Shown here: positions 33,765 to 35,266 of the stretch, one piece after another
Position numbering within the stretch: position 1 is the first letter of the stretch
Layout of the letters: each line of letters starts with the position of its first letter
Virus record (IMG/VR): IMGVR_UViG_3300009619_000002
Location: 1 to 35,266 of that record
Length of the DNA stretch: 35,266 nucleotides
Origin: a virus
Taxonomy: Duplodnaviria > Caudoviricetes
Reading direction: 5' to 3' (one strand)
Program-made: the position numbers and the translations under genes
The notes under the pieces: generated by a model
Database searches by the model: none
Told to the model about the DNA's origin: nothing
Seen by the model: only the letters and a program-made list of their open reading frames with translations

Positions 33765-35006
33765 TCAGGGTATCAGTGTGTCCGGTGGGGGAAATCCGTC
33801 CATCAACATGGCGGCCCAGGCGCAGGCGAGTTCCCGGCGCCGAGGCATATAGGCTGCGCGGTTGTAAGCCGCTTCCACTCCTTCCGGCACGTGCGCGAGC
33901 ATTAGATCGATAATTTGGCGATCGCGTTCGCGATCCTCGATTGCCGCGCGCTCGTTCATTATAGTCGAAAAGCTCGAGCGCCAGCCATGGGGAACGTGCT
34001 GTCCCCTCAGGCCGGCGTTCAAGTAGTGACCGCTTAGCGTAGAATCGCTGATCGGCTTGCGACGGTCGCCAACGCCAGGAAACAGCCATTTCGGGCTGGG
34101 GCTGGTGGCCATCGCCGCTTGCACAGTAGCTACCGCCTCGGGTGAGAGCGGCATCACGAATTCGAACGTCACGTCGCGCTTGCGCTCGCGCGTGAGTTTC
34201 ATCTTTGCGGCCGGAATGCGCCACACAGGAGAAGCCCCGTCCAGCCCCTCGAATTCCCCGCGTTCCGCGCGTCGGACAACACCTGGTCGAGCAGCGGTCA
34301 GCGCGAGAAGTCGAGAAGCCAAGCGCGTCGCCCAATAGATGTCCGTAAGCCGCTCGGTCTTTTCGATAACCGCTCGCGCGGTCTTCAGCTTGGTCGCTGC
34401 TGGGCGAAGTTGTGGATTGGTCGGTGCGAGCGCTTTTCGAATGATTGCAGCAGGATCCTGCGTGCAGAGACCCGACGCAATTCCCCAGACGAATACGTCG
34501 CTCATGTGCATGCGAACGCGGTGCGCCATTTCGTGAGAGCCGCGTTCCTCGATCCTTCTCACCACCGCCAAAGTCATTGGTGGAGTGATCTCGTCGATCC
34601 GGTCCGCACCGATCAGAGGGAAGACATCCGCCTCGAGCCGATCCATGATCTGCCCTGCGTAGCGCTCGGCCAACGCTTTGGACTTCTGCGCATGCCAGGA
34701 TCGCGCAACCGACCGAAAGCTCGTATCCACGGAGGAGCGAGTTTTCCTGCGCCGTTTCTCTGTTGAGGGATCCAGTCCCTCTTCGAGCTCGGACCTTGCT
34801 TCGTCTCGTCTTCGGCGTGCTTCGCCGAGCTTCACGTCCGGGTACCGACCGATAGTCAGCCGCTTCTCCTTCCCAGCGAAGCGGTACTTCCAGTTCCAGA
34901 CTTTCACGCCGCTTTTGCGAACGAGAAGGTACAGGCCGCCCGAATCCGCGATCTTGCGATCGCGCTCGCCCGGCTTCGCATTCCGGCAGGCAGTGTCCGT
35001 CAGCAA
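33765..35006 (-). CDS. int: P4-family tyrosine integrase (likely TTG start; ORF extends to 35075)
   Basis: Arm-binding N-terminus (DSGGLYL...YRFAGKEK...GRYP); catalytic R, K, HGWR, LAH, Y all present. Confidence 0.96.
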   Translation of the reverse strand: MLTDTACRNAKPGERDRKIADSGGLYLLVRKSGVKVWNWKYRFAGKEKRLTIGRYPDVKLGEARRRRDEARSELEEGLDPSTEKRRRKTRSSVDTSFRSVARSWHAQKSKALAERYAGQIMDRLEADVFPLIGADRIDEITPPMTLAVVRRIEERGSHEMAHRVRMHMSDVFVWGIASGLCTQDPAAIIRKALAPTNPQLRPAATKLKTARAVIEKTERLTDIYWATRLASRLLALTAARPGVVRRAERGEFEGLDGASPVWRIPAAKMKLTRERKRDVTFEFVMPLSPEAVATVQAAMATSPSPKWLFPGVGDRRKPISDSTLSGHYLNAGLRGQHVPHGWRSSFSTIMNERAAIEDRERDRQIIDLMLAHVPEGVEAAYNRAAYMPRRRELACAWAAMLMDGFPPPDTLIP

Positions 35007-35143
35007 AATGAGCCCCCGTGCGCGCCCCCATATTGGGGGCGTTGCCATGTGCCGACCTGCGTCGGCATGAGCCATCTAATGAAAAGAAAGGCCCAGAAAC
35101 GCAAGGTTTCCGAGCCTTCTTGAGCCAAGATGATTTAGCGGAT

Positions 35144-35218
35144 TGGCTCCCCGAGTTGGATTCGAACCAACGACCAAGTGATTAACAGTCACCTACTCTA
35201 CCGCTGAGCTATCGGGGA
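35144..35218 (-). tRNA. tRNA-Asn (GTT), with encoded CCA; prophage att site
   Basis: TCCCCGATAGCTCAGCGGTAGAGTAGGTGACTGTTAATCACTTGGTCGTTGGTTCGAATCCAACTCGGGGAGCCA; cloverleaf with GTT anticodon. Confidence 0.97.
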
Positions 35219-35266
35219 GCAGCCCGCTGGGCAGGGGTGCGCCTATATGGGTGCGATTCCGGTTTG

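Larger units (their letters stand above)
1..35143. mobile_element. P2-like prophage integrated at tRNA-Asn 3' end (left boundary outside window)
   Basis: Near-complete set of P2-type head, tail, baseplate and ogr genes, a repressor switch, a cos-like site and a tyrosine integrase next to a tRNA. Confidence 0.93.

Overview
This GC-rich, alphaproteobacterial-looking (sphingomonad-like) window is almost entirely one P2-like (Peduoviridae-type) prophage. It is inserted at the 3' end of a tRNA-Asn(GTT) at the right edge, and its left end lies outside the window. From left to right: CII-like, Cro and S24-type CI switch; a cargo block (HIRAN protein, membrane Zn-ribbon protein, ParB-like protein plus Dam-type methylase); ogr; contractile tail genes with an E/E' -1 frameshift; a lysis cassette; two receptor-binding proteins; a small divergent RHH cassette; head and packaging genes; a MASE1-PAS-GGDEF diguanylate cyclase between portal and a cos-like site; an HTH replication-initiator-like gene; and a P4-type integrase. 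The most unusual signal is a family of nine ~26-30 bp hairpin repeats (GTCCTCAAGCAGCGAAGCGGTAGGAC on the late mRNA strand). They are all intergenic and co-oriented, show compensatory base changes, and several overlap the ribosome-binding sites of structural genes. Three tandem copies form a translationally coupled 36-codon mini-ORF between genes L and X. Other notable points: three TGTTGT-N14-ACAACA late-activator boxes, an ATA start codon on gpL, a candidate ParB/Dam defence pair, and an int-rep pair separated from the early switch by the att site. All product calls come from motif recognition by eye; no searches were run.
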